A stretch of DNA of 64,000 nucleotides from Fistulifera solaris (taxonomy: Eukaryota): the NCBI GenBank assembly GCA_030295235.1, contig AP026162.1, positions 1,178,001 through 1,242,000 on the forward strand. The letters are read 5' to 3'. The notes under the pieces were generated by a model. The model was not told where the DNA came from and did not search any database. It saw only the letters and a list, made by a program, of their open reading frames with translations. A program made the position numbers and the translations under genes. This document shows, piece after piece, positions 1 through 11,813 of the stretch (its first letter is position 1; every line of letters begins with the position of its first letter).

Positions 1-955
1 CTATACAAACGGCCTTGGGTTCAGGTCGTTTGCACAACCTGAAGACGGCGCGACTCGAACGATACGCCCACAATGTGCTCCCGGTCCCCAAGCCCGCCTT
101 CCTTTACCTGGTAATCGAGGCGGTAGTGATCTATCCGATGGTCTGGCTCTTTCACGCACCACCTCGCCGTCTTATACAAACGCTCGGCCATCTGCGCAAC
201 CTGAAGGCAGTGCGATTCGAATTCTACGCCCACAACGTGCTCCTGGTCCCCAAACCCACCGTCCATTGCATGGTACTAGAGTCGATAGTGATCTGTCCGA
301 TGTTCCGGCTCTTTCACGCACCGCCTAGCCGTCTTATACAAACGGCCTTGGGTTTAGGTCATTTGCACAACCTGAAGGCGGCGCGACGCAAACGACACGC
401 CCACAACGTGCTCTCGGTCAACCGCAATTTGATGTCACGACTGAGATGAAAATGCTCACACGACGAGTCCTTACGGCACTAGCGGCAGATTCTACGACTG
501 GCCGGGCGAGTTTGTCGCAAAATCTGTTCAGCTATTTGGAATACTCCGTACACAAAATTCGCCAGAACATACCCAATGAACACACAGTTGATGAAACTAA
601 ACTCAACGCAGTAACGTCTTTATTGGACCATGTTTCATTGACAGGGGAGCTGCAGCAGATGTTTCAAAGAGGATTGATCAGACAGGAGGTGCTTCGTATA
701 ATAGAAGAGGCTGAGGAACGTATGCATCAATGCCTACTAGTCTGTCTCCGCGAGTTTCCACACGCTGTAGAGCGCACCTTCACCGACGGTTCCGACAAGC
801 TGAGAGAACAGAATTCTCGTTTAAGTTTCAAAATTCTTGCGGTCATTCAGCAAGTGTCAAAAAGTCGTGATGATGCTGTCGAGGTGAATGTGAAAGATGA
901 ATTCAATCGATTATTGTCGGGCCTCAAGAAGTGTCTGGATGTATTGATTATGTAA
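1..955 (+). pseudogene. 3' part of an uncharacterised repeat-containing gene (paralogue A) with an in-frame TAG
   Basis: The frame starting at nt 2 runs into ORF 446..955 except for TAG at 326-328 (TCG in the sister repeat). Its C-terminal domain (VLTALAADS..SLSQNLFSY..VLRIIEEAEERMHQCLLVCLRE) aligns with 4225-4709. The gene is cut off by the window edge. Confidence 0.6.
2..420 (+). repeat. Intragenic tandem repeat, units of 171 and 162 bp (57/54 aa, P/R/S-rich)
   Basis: The TATACAAAC anchor recurs at 2, 173 and 335, with clearly alignable units. Confidence 0.9.
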
Positions 956-2115
956 AAATGATTATAAATAATATGAAGCTCACCGCAATAGTTATTGGAC
1001 TAAAAAATTCACTGTTGTAAGCCTTGTGACAATCAATTGTCACCGAAAGGAAAAAATGGAACACGTGAGTTGATGTCATTTAGCTTTCTGTCTGAAACAA
1101 CAACCGCACACCTCTAGCACGCGGTGTGAAACAGAAGAAAGCGGGACGAGATAACCTACAAGAGGATTAACTGATGAGGTATGAGGTGCGACGTGCGAAT
1201 CATCGACGAAATAGAACACGCATCGCAGGAATTACAGCAACTGAAGACTTTATCTTGTGAATTTGCTCGACATCATCAAGTTTTTTGTGATCTAGAGACG
1301 AAGAAATAGAGATCCTGCTTGTAAACCTCAATTGATTACTGACGACAGCAGCAATCAATACATGGTCATCTCTTTCTTCTGCGACGTCATATTAGCGAAG
1401 CCTTGGGCGCCCTCCGTTTTCTCCGTCCTTCCACGACAAGAGACAAGAAAAAGGAAACTTTTTATCCAGAATGACATGTAAGGCAATGTTAATGCAATCT
1501 CCCCTAGAAAGGGAGCAGTAGAAACACTATGTCGAATTTCTCAAACAACGCTAGAACATCCATTTTCTCAAGTGACTGTACCAGTTATTTGTTCATTGTC
1601 GATTGTATGCGATCAAATGAATCTCTTCAAATAAATATATTATAATCATCATCTTCAGTCATCATTTCTCATGGTGGTCGGCATTCGGCATCGGCATTCA
1701 TTCGTTTGAATATATCAATCATCGTCTCATGTCTCATCGCGACGTGCACCGTCCTTTACTAGTACTACATAGCTAAAAACGTGTTCCGTTGCTAGCTATA
1801 TAGATTTTCCTACTCTTGACTTTCTCCAGATAACTGGCAAGACAGAAAGAAAACATGAGGTATCAGCTAAGGTGTACTTTCACCGTGACGACTACTATAA
1901 TGCAACTAGTGAGAAACAACAAACCGTTAACTTCGAGTTCCGCGAACCGTTTTTCTGGATCCTTTTTCCGCATCCACTTTCCCCATCGCCGTCGTAGACT
2001 CGCACATGATCAACAAGGATGAAGAAACTCGCACAATGCCGTCTGTTGACTTGGAAGACAGCAACAACAAGCAGTCTGAGCAAGAGTAGGTGCTGGCGAG
2101 ATTTCAGAAGCAGAA

Positions 2116-4709
2116 ATGAGTGAGAATTCGACGACGACGTCAACCGGTCGAGACGACAGCAGCGACCTGTCCGCCGAGGCGCGAACGGGTCGAGAAGGCG
2201 CGAGCTCAAGCAATGACGACACGTACATTGTCGAATCTATGTTCCGCGATGGCAGTATTCACCACAATGAGGTCTGGCTCGCACCACCGAAAAAACCCTA
2301 AAGACTTATGTCTCCGTGCAGGCGATGTGATCCAATACGAAGACTTGACACCAGGCCAAGATGAAAGAATGATCGTTGCGATGGTCATGGAGGTCCGAAC
2401 AGATTCTCGTTTAAACGATGTGACGCTAGTGGTACGTTGTGTGTAGCCGCTGCTTTGGTATTATTAATGAAGTTGTGCTAAACTTTTTGTCGACAAACAG
2501 ATGAGTGACGACTCGTTTTGCAATGGAGAGGAAAAATTGAATATCTTGGAGCGGGTCGTGATCAACTACGATGAAGCGACTGGCGCCCAGAGCAAGAGTT
2601 GGGTGAAGTTCCGTTCGACCAATGACATTTACTACATGGATGACTGTTTTCATGACTCCAGTAGCAATGGCATGGTCAGTGTCGATGAATATACGGGCGA
2701 GTACATGAAGGAGATTCGCGCAAACCAACCCCCGCCGTCACCAAGCGAGAACGAGGATTACGATCCAAGACGATTGTCGCAGTCGTTTCGGAGCGCTGCA
2801 GCAAGGGTCTCTCTTGATTACCGTACTGATCAGCGAACGGTTCCCGGCCTTCAAAACGAAAGGAACAACCGGGAACTTGCCGATGATGAGGATTCTTTGG
2901 ATTTTGGACCTGCGCAGGACAACGCAGCGGAGGAAATGAGTGCATTTGTGGCTGGGGAGGGCAGAGCAGAAGCGGAGTTCCGCGCACGCTACGCTAAAGG
3001 CCCGGAAGAATATCACCGCTGCAGCAAAAGGCGGAAAAAGATGTATGATGAGACTACAAGATGCTACGTTTGTACCTGCCCTTTGTGCATTGAAAATGGT
3101 ATCGAAAACGCAAAGCTCATCTCTTTTCGTGTCGACGACGCGCTTGTGTACGAAGAAATAGAACAGGGCGAGTATAATCCCAAGAAGCACGTGAGATTGG
3201 ATGAAGCTCGCTTTCTTTCCCCAAACTATCGGTTACCGAACGCGTACAAAGAAAAACGACAAGACCTTCGTAAGCACCTCGTGAATGAGACTGCCATCTT
3301 GTATCCGAATTACGTGGTGCCAACAATTGCCTTTCTCTTGGGTGACTCGGATGAACTAATAGGCAGGATGACTGTCGGCCAATTACGGTCCGAGGTTTTG
3401 TCACGGCGCACAGGCAACTTGAATGAATCAAGATTCCCACGAGGTATGCCTGGTCCCCATGTCGACCAGCCATTGGCTCGCGCTAGAGAAGCTACTGATC
3501 TATCCGATGATGTGGCGCTGCCAAGCAACGCCCTGCCATCTACTTTTAATGTCCCTGAAACCAGGCAGCTTTCACAACGCGGAGACGGCACGAATCGGAC
3601 GATACGTCCGGCACATGCCTCCGGTGCCCAAGTTCACCAGCCCTTGCCTAGTGCGAGAGGTGGTAGGAACGTAGCCAGAGATGGGGCTCTATCACGCAAC
3701 GGCTTGCCGGCTAGTACAAGCGGCCGGGAGCTTGCGCAACGCAGAGGTAGCGCGAATCGAACCATACGACCAAGGTATGGTTCCGGTCCCTAAGCTCAAC
3801 AACCATTGTCTGCTCGCGGCAGTTCTCTGTCCAATGGTGGTTCGCTTCCAGAGAATGCCCCGCCGTCTTATATATACCTCCTGGGATCCGAGCAATTTCC
3901 ACGGCACGATGCCAACGATAACCGACAGAGAATTCCAAGAAATGCGTCAAGGCTTCCGTTTCTACAGCCGTTGCCTTTTTCTGAGTGCAGTTGTCTTTCC
4001 GATGATTTTTCGCTTCGAAGCAAAGGTCCATTATCCTCTATCAATGTTTCTGATCTCGAGCAACCGACTCGGCAGGCAGGCAACTCGAATCAAGAAGCTG
4101 TATGGCACCGACGAGATGTACCTTTGCTGGGTGGCAGTAGTCATCCGTACAGTAATCATAATGGATCGGGGCAATTGCCCATAAGTGCTGGTGACCGTCA
4201 AAACAGTGTTGCGAACGAGGGAATGATGATCATACATCAAATTCTTGTGGCGTTAGCCGCAGTCAATACGGATTATTACATCCAATGCAAGTTTGTCGCA
4301 AAGACTGTTCCGTTACTTCATATATCTAATAAACAACACTGGCAGGAGCTTATCCAGTGAGTACATCGTGGATGAAAGGAACATAGACGCGATAATGTCC
4401 ATCATGGATTCTGTGGAAACTGTTAGGAGGGAGCGTCAAGTGTTACAAAATGAAGCTGCAAGAGTGCTTCGAATAGCAGACGAGGCTGAGGCATGTTTGC
4501 ACCAAATCCTACAATTCTGTCTCCGCGAGCAACCGAACGCAGCAGAGCGCAAAGAAAACGTTCTAAGAATCATGAAAATTATAGAACAAATAGAATTGCT
4601 GATCCGTGAACTTGCAGACGACGATGATGACAAGAAGGTGAAAGTTGCATTAACCCCAATACAAACGAGCCTTGAGAGATGCATGACTATAGTGGCACGT
4701 CGAATATAA
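2116..4709 (+). pseudogene. Uncharacterised repeat-containing gene (paralogue B), interrupted
   Basis: ATG at 2116; frameshift near the A-run at ~2290; GT-AG intron 2432-2500; ORF 2501..3793 ends at TAA (CAA in the sister repeat); the same frame continues 3794-~4285; a frameshift then leads into 4293..4709, which is homologous to 446..955. It contains a CxCxxC motif (CTCPLC). Confidence 0.65.
3452..3900 (+). repeat. Intragenic tandem repeat, units of 171 and 162 bp, homologous to the repeat at 2-420
   Basis: The GGT(C/G)CC anchor recurs at 3452, 3623 and 3785. The units share the peptide pattern RTIRP..A.GPQ..QPL...R...DLSD..AL. Confidence 0.8.
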
Positions 4710-7440
4710 GAAAAGAAGGGTGAAATTATTTGACGGAAAACTGCATTTGCAAGTCCTTTGACGAATATTTATACTTACAAATAGGAGGAATGGAGAATAT
4801 CTAAATATTTTGATCAATTGAGCAGCCACTTGTCATTTGGTGATAGAAAGTAGTAACGAGTACGGGAGTTGAAATACTTCAATTGTTAGTCTGGAGCAAC
4901 ATTTACCCTTCCACCACTGCCACGCGTAGCTTCTTTTTCGTCTAAGCTGAGAGCGGGAGGTACCCTATTTGTCAAGGTGGACTGATTGATGTGCTTGTCG
5001 TGCGAATCGACGGTAGAGTGTATTGCAATGATGGTAAGTCAACTTATTCTTAAGCAACATGTAACATGACATTTCGACTTCGATTTCTGATCTTTCTTAA
5101 CATCATCGACTTCCTCTGGAGTGTCCATGGAAAATAGGGAGATTGTATGTAATGCCTGATTGATCGACAAACCTTTAAGTGTGAGTCGATGAGATACAGT
5201 ACCGGTAGCGGTTTCTGTAGGATTCAAAGCCTTGCCTTTTACGGAGTAGCAACATTGCCGTTCCACTGTATTGCTTATCTTTGCTCGATCTCCTCACTTA
5301 CTTTCTCAGTGGAACAGAGGATTGGCGTTAGCGTGCTTGTAAATTGCATTACCGATGAACTTTCGTGTAAGTCGACGAGATAGACTAAGTTGAGCAACGA
5401 TTGCAGCCTCCAAAACCACCGACTTTGGCAGCAAGACTTGTCGCTTTCAGTTGCTCACGACAACAGCAATTGGAACAAATCATTTCTCTCCTTCGCGTCG
5501 GCATATTACTCCGTAGTATCGTTTTGGAGTCGTTCACCAAAGAAGAAGTACTCCGTAGTTTTCTTTCCTTACAACTATCTAAACTATTCGCGAGTACAAT
5601 CAGTAGCTACTCGTACAGCTTTCCGGATGGTACAAAAGCCTTTGTCGACATAGTCACAACTTCCTTTCCCTTTTCCGGCGTCGTTCCTGTAGAATATGTG
5701 CTCGACAAACCGAATGTATAGTTGCACTGGCACGCTTCTTGTCATCTGGTTCCTTGTCATCGTCGCGCAAAACTCACGTTTACTTCCGTGAACAAATCCC
5801 TTACGTCATCAACCTCTTTTTCGAAGAAAAGATGTAGATGCGAGCTTCTCATCGTCTCCTTTCTCGAGTCTTCGCCCTAGAGTTCAAGACTGTTACCGTT
5901 TCGTTCCGCGAAAGGAAGGATGCCGTAGTTGCAGTTTTCCCTGCAGTGATTAGAAGACGACGCATTTGAGCAGCGTAGTTTCCTTCCTAAGCATTGCTGT
6001 CACGTTCGTTCGAGAGTTTACAGATGTTTTACAGACGAGACATTATAACAGATCGTCTCCATCGTGTGCGTTGCTCTTCAACTTCGTTCGAGATGTCGAC
6101 TATGGAATACGTTGTGATTGATTTGTGTTCAGGCCTTTCTTCTATCTCGCGAAACACCAAGCAAGAGATATCATTTCCATGGTCCATTTTTCGGGATCCA
6201 ACATGAATCCGATATTGCCTCTCACGTTTGTGATCATGCTCTCTCTTCTTCGCTGTAGCGCGACAATAACCAAGTCGCAGCAGTGCAATTCCTCCGCGTC
6301 ATCTCACGATCTCATTTCATCAATGTTTGCTGACTCAACTCCATTTCATTTCTCTTCGAAACACTAGATTGCATGCAATGCGACATTATCTCGACTAGGA
6401 CTATCTCTAGCATTCTCTGATAGCCAGCATTCTTTGTGACACTCAGCCTTCAGCTCAACGAAAGCCAAGCGACTGCAAATCAACCCGCCCACATGCGACG
6501 TACAACACCATCGCGGAACGAGCACCCAAGGCTAGACCAAGAAGTCTTAGCGTAGGATCGAAAGAGGCAGACGACGACGAACCAACACAGCAACGAGAAT
6601 CGAAGAAGCGAGTAACACTTGACGCTACACGAAGAATCCACGAAATAGGAAGCCATTAAGATATAGCAACAACCATCCAAAGGCATTACACCGAAAACCT
6701 TGAACAATTACCCACGAGGCAGGACGACGACTCTTTTCAAGCACAAAAATCCTGGTAAACGCCACAAGAACTCTGAATACTCGCTCGCTCACACTCACGC
6801 AAGAAGACATCTGTCTTCGCTGACACTGTGAACCACAACTTCAAGCACTGCTCGACACTACAAGTCACGAAATCTCGCGGCGTTTGAAGAAGCACCAAGA
6901 AACAACGACGACTCCCTCTCGACAACCGAAACACACAAGCGGCAACGACCTTGAATGACGAATTCGACAAGCGACAGCCACAACCATGCAGCGGTCGTAA
7001 ACAATAAAAGCAGCAAATTTTCAAGCACTAAAACACTAAAGCATTTTGCACAACAAACGCTGACGACTCTCTACCCAATAGGTCCAAATCACAATGAAGT
7101 TATAACAGATGCAACCGCACCAGACTGCCCATTATGAAAGTTTCCGAACAATCTTACTTTCTCATACAGCTTCATACCCCACACGTTCGATGGCGACACG
7201 CAAACAGACATTCGAACTTCGCGACGAATATTAGCTTCCGCTCTTTTTCGAGACAACCGTCTTCCCGATGGAAGATTGCATCAGACATCGACATAGAATA
7301 ACGGAATCATCCATCCTGCAGTTTTACGAAGGCGGACGAAGTGTAATACCTTACCTGGTACAACAAACTCATCTCACACTCATCGACCTATTACCTGTCC
7401 ACGCCACATCGCAAAACCTGATCGTCGGTCCCGGGCTGTT

Positions 7441-7470
7441 GGATCACGGATCACGGATCACGGATCACGG
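7441..7470. repeat. (GGATCAC)4 heptamer tandem repeat
   Basis: Four perfect copies, read directly from the sequence. Confidence 0.95.
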
Positions 7471-7605
7471 CTTTCACGTTGTCTCGAGGAATGAAAGATG
7501 GGCTATCCAAGTAAGGTACCCGCTTTTTATCATGCCTTGAGCGGCTATCTGATGAGTAATTCTCAGCCTTTATATTTTTATTGAAAAGTTTAAAGTATAT
7601 ATACC

Positions 7606-7646
7606 GGGATATATAGCTTTGGGATATATAGCTCTGGGAGATATAC
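7606..7646. repeat. 15-bp tandem repeat GGGATATATAGCT(T/C)T, about 2.7 copies
   Basis: Units start at 7606, 7621 and 7636. Confidence 0.85.
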
Positions 7647-7885
7647 TTAGTAAAATACCCTCAAAGCGACCGTAAGCTAAAAAAAGGAAAAGACTCATTA
7701 GTTCAGTTTAACACTACGTAGGGGGAGCCACCTCCAATCGTAAGAATTACAACAGGAGCTAAATTAAGGATGCTTACTTTGAGTTCCCTCATGCTAATAT
7801 CACGTCTAAACATTGTTACCTATCGCCTTTGACAAAACAACGACAGAAGCTCGGTGTAGTTTTCAGCTCTCAGAATTACGAGCAG

Positions 7886-8713
7886 TCAGTTCCCATACTT
7901 GAAGTAATCATCGGCTTTCCGCGAATAACCGTCATAGTACACATAGTCGTGTGTGTCGTCATTGCGACCATCAAAGTAATCATCGTCAAGTCCGCTATTG
8001 CCATCAACTCGCGCAAAAGTGTCATCAAAGTAATCATCATATGCCGAAGCGTCAGTATTCAGGTTGTCGTCCAAACCAGTCCCACCATCGAATTCAGAGT
8101 TGGAATCCACAACGTCTCTATTCCGGCCGACTTCTTCCGACACCCGAATTGATAGAGTCACTATAAGAAACACCAAACCGACGACACCAAGACCGATGAG
8201 TGTCACTTCAATGGCCCGTCGAATGTGCTTTGGTATGCACCCTGCTATAGGAATTGCAGCGCCATACGACGAGTCGGGCGGTGTCCATTCAGACTCGTGG
8301 AAATCGTAAAGGGAATCCTTGGTGCCTTGTGATGAATGATGCGATGAATGAGTCAGATACGAACGATTTCGCCTTATTTTCGGAGAGCTTGCACTTTCCA
8401 TGACCCCACCGTGGTAGACAGCTTTTGGAGAATCGTGTTGCTCTTTGTAAATACCATCATCTCCACCGTCACTTTGTTGTCTGTTTTTGAACCAGCCGAT
8501 TCGTTGCATCCACGATCCCGATGACGACGAACTCAAAACCTCGATTCCGTGCGTACCATTGTTTTCTGCGGTTAAGAATTGGCCGTGAAGAACTTCATGC
8601 TGCGGCTTTTTGGTGGAGTTGTTGTGATCTTCGCATGTGCCTTGGCCAGGATCGAGGATTTGGTTGCGAACAGTAGATTGATTGTGGCCCTTTCGACTGG
8701 CCATATCATTCAT
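7886..8713 (-). CDS. Uncharacterised single-pass membrane protein with an acidic, DDYF-repeat C-terminus
   Basis: 275-aa ATG ORF with one hydrophobic helix (TLIGLGVVGLVFLIVTLSI) and DDYF three times. Confidence 0.75.
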   Translation of the reverse strand: MNDMASRKGHNQSTVRNQILDPGQGTCEDHNNSTKKPQHEVLHGQFLTAENNGTHGIEVLSSSSSGSWMQRIGWFKNRQQSDGGDDGIYKEQHDSPKAVYHGGVMESASSPKIRRNRSYLTHSSHHSSQGTKDSLYDFHESEWTPPDSSYGAAIPIAGCIPKHIRRAIEVTLIGLGVVGLVFLIVTLSIRVSEEVGRNRDVVDSNSEFDGGTGLDDNLNTDASAYDDYFDDTFARVDGNSGLDDDYFDGRNDDTHDYVYYDGYSRKADDYFKYGN

Positions 8714-9528
8714 GGTAACTGGTAACTGATTCGAGTGTTTGTGGAAAAAATTTAGAGCCCGAGTATAAGTATACTGTTGTCAAACGTTTCTTTTTTCGAA
8801 GATCTCACAATACGTCGAGTGAAGTAAAACACTTCGATCGGATGAACTGTCAAACACGGAATGATGACCAAGGCAATGTTCACTCTTTGAATAACGAGTG
8901 CGACTTCTTGATCTTTTCTGCCGTTTCCTGCGCTCTTGGTGGTTTGCTCCGGATATCGGTCGTGAAGATGTTGAACTATACAAAGTAAAAGAGGTTTGGA
9001 GATGCTTCGAAAACAAATACTCCAATTATTCCTAAATAATTCACAACAACAAAACCAACAAAACGATACGAGTACTTTGTAAACGATGGAGGACAAGCAA
9101 TGTCGACGAGGTCGGCCATTTCTCTCAACGTCGAGTAAACGCTAATTAAAACAGTTCTCAAATAACCAACGGACTCTTCTTCTTTAACATAAAACAAGGT
9201 GAGAGAGGTGCGCGCAGGGCAACCGATCTCTACATAGATTTCGGTACAGTAGAAACAACAGTCCCGCTACGATGGTGTAATTAGAACTTCGAAGAACGGA
9301 CCGTGGAACAGGGAGACACGGGAACGCACCTCTGCTTGGTACATTTTTCTACGGGGAGCCTACGTGAGTGTACACTTTTTCCCGAACCTTCCAGTGGCGA
9401 AGTGGCGGCGTTAACGCAAGAAATATTCGCAACTTCGTCACTCCTCTATTCATTCGTCTCCTTTCTTGCCTTCACTCGCATCCCATAAACATACGTTGAC
9501 GCTGACATTTACACGTCTCTTCTTCTTG

Positions 9529-10513
9529 ATGGTCTTCATTGTGCCTTCCCCATCGTTATTTACCAACATCATTCACCGAAAGAATTTCGCAAATAACCGG
9601 ATTGCGGCATTGACTGTCTGCTTGACATTCTGTGGAACGACACGAGGCTTTTCATCTTCTTCGACCGATTCGTGTGCTGCCGACAGGATGGCGCCTTCCA
9701 TTCGTGTTATACCTAACGACAAACTATTCATTTCGGAGCCCGATCCACAATGGTTTGGTAATCCTTCGGATAGTGACCCGTCGTGGACCAATAAGAACTG
9801 GTTGAAATCTCGCTTCCATTTTTCGTTTGCAGAGTATAACAACTACGGCAACACAAATTTTGGAGTGCTGCGCGTTATGAATGATGATTTGGTGCAGGCG
9901 AAAAGAGGATTTGGAACCCACCCTCATCGTGATATGGAAATCATTACCTATATTGTCGAAGGTGAACTGACTCACCAAGATTCATTGGGGACCAAGGAAA
10001 GCCTTGGACGCGGTAGTATCCAGTTCATGACGGCTGGGACAGGTGTGCGCCACTCTGAGTTCAATCAGGGTGATAAGCCGCTACGCTTTATTCAGACATG
10101 GATTGTTCCTGCGCAAAGAGGACTGAAGCCTAATTACGGATCGTTTCGAGGGGGGCCCTGGTGTTTGTCTCAACAAGTTGTTTCACTTGATTTCGAATAA
10201 AAACGACGCATCTGCATCTACGCCTGTACAGATCAACCAAGACTTGGACGGGTATGCTGCCGAGATCGAAGAAGGGCAAACCGTGTCATACGAACTACCG
10301 AAAGGCCGTCAAGCTTACTTGCTGTGCATGGAGGGTTCTGTTTCGGTTAACGGCAACAAATTAAATAGACATGATGCCTCGGAGATTACTGGAAGTGGAG
10401 GTGTGCTTGAAATCAAAGCTTTAGATGTGGAGTCGACTGAGCATGGGAAAGTCGCGCATGTTCTCATGTTTGTGATGAAGAGTGAACCGGGTTCGGGACG
10501 CACGGACTTTTGA
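9529..10513 (+). CDS. Pirin family (YhhW-like cupin) protein
   Basis: Motifs SRFHFSFAEY, FGVLRVMNDD, GFGTHPHRDMEIITY and MTAGTGVRHSE. A frameshift at the G-run near 10150 joins ORF 10178..10513. The start could instead be ATG 9688. Confidence 0.9.
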
Positions 10514-10592
10514 TACAAACATTTTCTTCTGAAAGTTATTCAATTACGATTTGCAATTAATAAACAAGGCTTCAACAGAAACTGCTTTTATT

Positions 10593-11478
10593 CTATATTA
10601 CACTTTTCACAAGAATCAATGTTTCCGCTTCCGCTCTTTCAAAAGTACCATCCTTGAGATTGAACCGAACTGCTGATGAATCACCACAAACAAACAATTC
10701 CTGGTAGTTCAGCTTTTCGAGATATAACTTACAAGCGGCTTCATTGTTTTTCTCCACTTTGAGAAGTAAACCATCATAACCGGCGTCTCTCGCTGATTCC
10801 TTCACATAATTGCATAGCTTCATGGCAATTCCCTTACCTCGTGCAGTCGGTGAGACGACTAGGTTGCACAAAACACACACGGCTTGAAGGTTTGGTTGCA
10901 AAAGTTCGTCTGCTATTTGAAAGGGCGAAGCATTTTTGTACTGCCTTCGCTCTTTTGGTCCCAAATTCGCCAACGCTGCTTTCATCGTTTCTTCGGATAC
11001 TTCGGGTGTCAATATATCTCTCCGCTCGGCATCGAGTAAACAGACTTCAATCCCAGCCAGTCCGACGATTTTTTTTAGTAGTTATATCGATGGCAGCAAT
11101 CAAACCAGCATCTAGCAACCTACTGCCCATGCGTTCTCCGTATTTAGTAGAAAAGTCGACAAATTGTCGGTACAGCAGTTCTTTATAGACGGCGTCGGAA
11201 ACGGGCCCGGATGCCACTTGCACATGCGGTGTCCCCAGCCAATACGAATTGGCAAAGAAGTCACTGGCTTTGCGAATGGAAGGTTCGTCGCCCACCAGAG
11301 GAGCGATCGCGTAGCTTTCGTCCGTCGAAACGGAGCTCAGGTCCAGTCGAGAACGATGCGATCGAGTCAACAGAAATGCCTCCGGAGGCAACCACGCGAC
11401 GCAGAATGGTTTTGTCGCCATCAAAAAGCACTGGAGCGTAACAATCGTAGTTGTAATAGAGTAAAAGGTCTTCTTCAT
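10593..11478 (-). CDS. GNAT-family N-acetyltransferase with an N-terminal targeting presequence
   Basis: Motif A (LCNLVVSPTARGKGIA) and LKVEKNNEAACKLY. ORFs 11047..11478 and 10593..11012 are joined across the T-run at ~11070. Confidence 0.8.
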
Positions 11479-11813
11479 TTTGTATTGTTGTGATTCTTGT
11501 CAATTACAGTGGATTATTCATTCGTCTTGGATTTTTTTGTTGCAGTGTGCAATAAGTGCAGCAATGAAGTGCGGCGTCAGAAATCTGTAGAGAAAAATGA
11601 GTGGCGAATGACGTCATAACCGGCAATGATTCTACTTTTGTGTCCGTAGTACGTATGTCCATGTGAAACGCAGCGGTTGAAGTTTTCTCTCTCGATCGCC
11701 TCCAACCTCGAAAATGAAGAGCCTATTATTATTTTGTGTCGAACTCCAAAGAATTGCTTATTTTGTGAAGGTAAAAGCTTTTTATTACCTATTTAACAAC
11801 ACAAAAGTTCAGT

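Noticed and set aside
15..449. Listed ORF 15..449 (and similarly 3681..4184) as real proteins
   Set aside because: These are shadow frames of the coding repeat. The frame continuous with the downstream domain is a different one.
1171..1260. Hammerhead-like CTGATGAG...GAAA
   Set aside because: Stem II needs an extra base and a bulge, and stem I has only about 3 bp, so the fold is not convincing.
8752..9197. Short minus-strand ORFs upstream of the DDYF protein
   Set aside because: They have no recognisable motif and look like a T-rich 5' UTR or intron.
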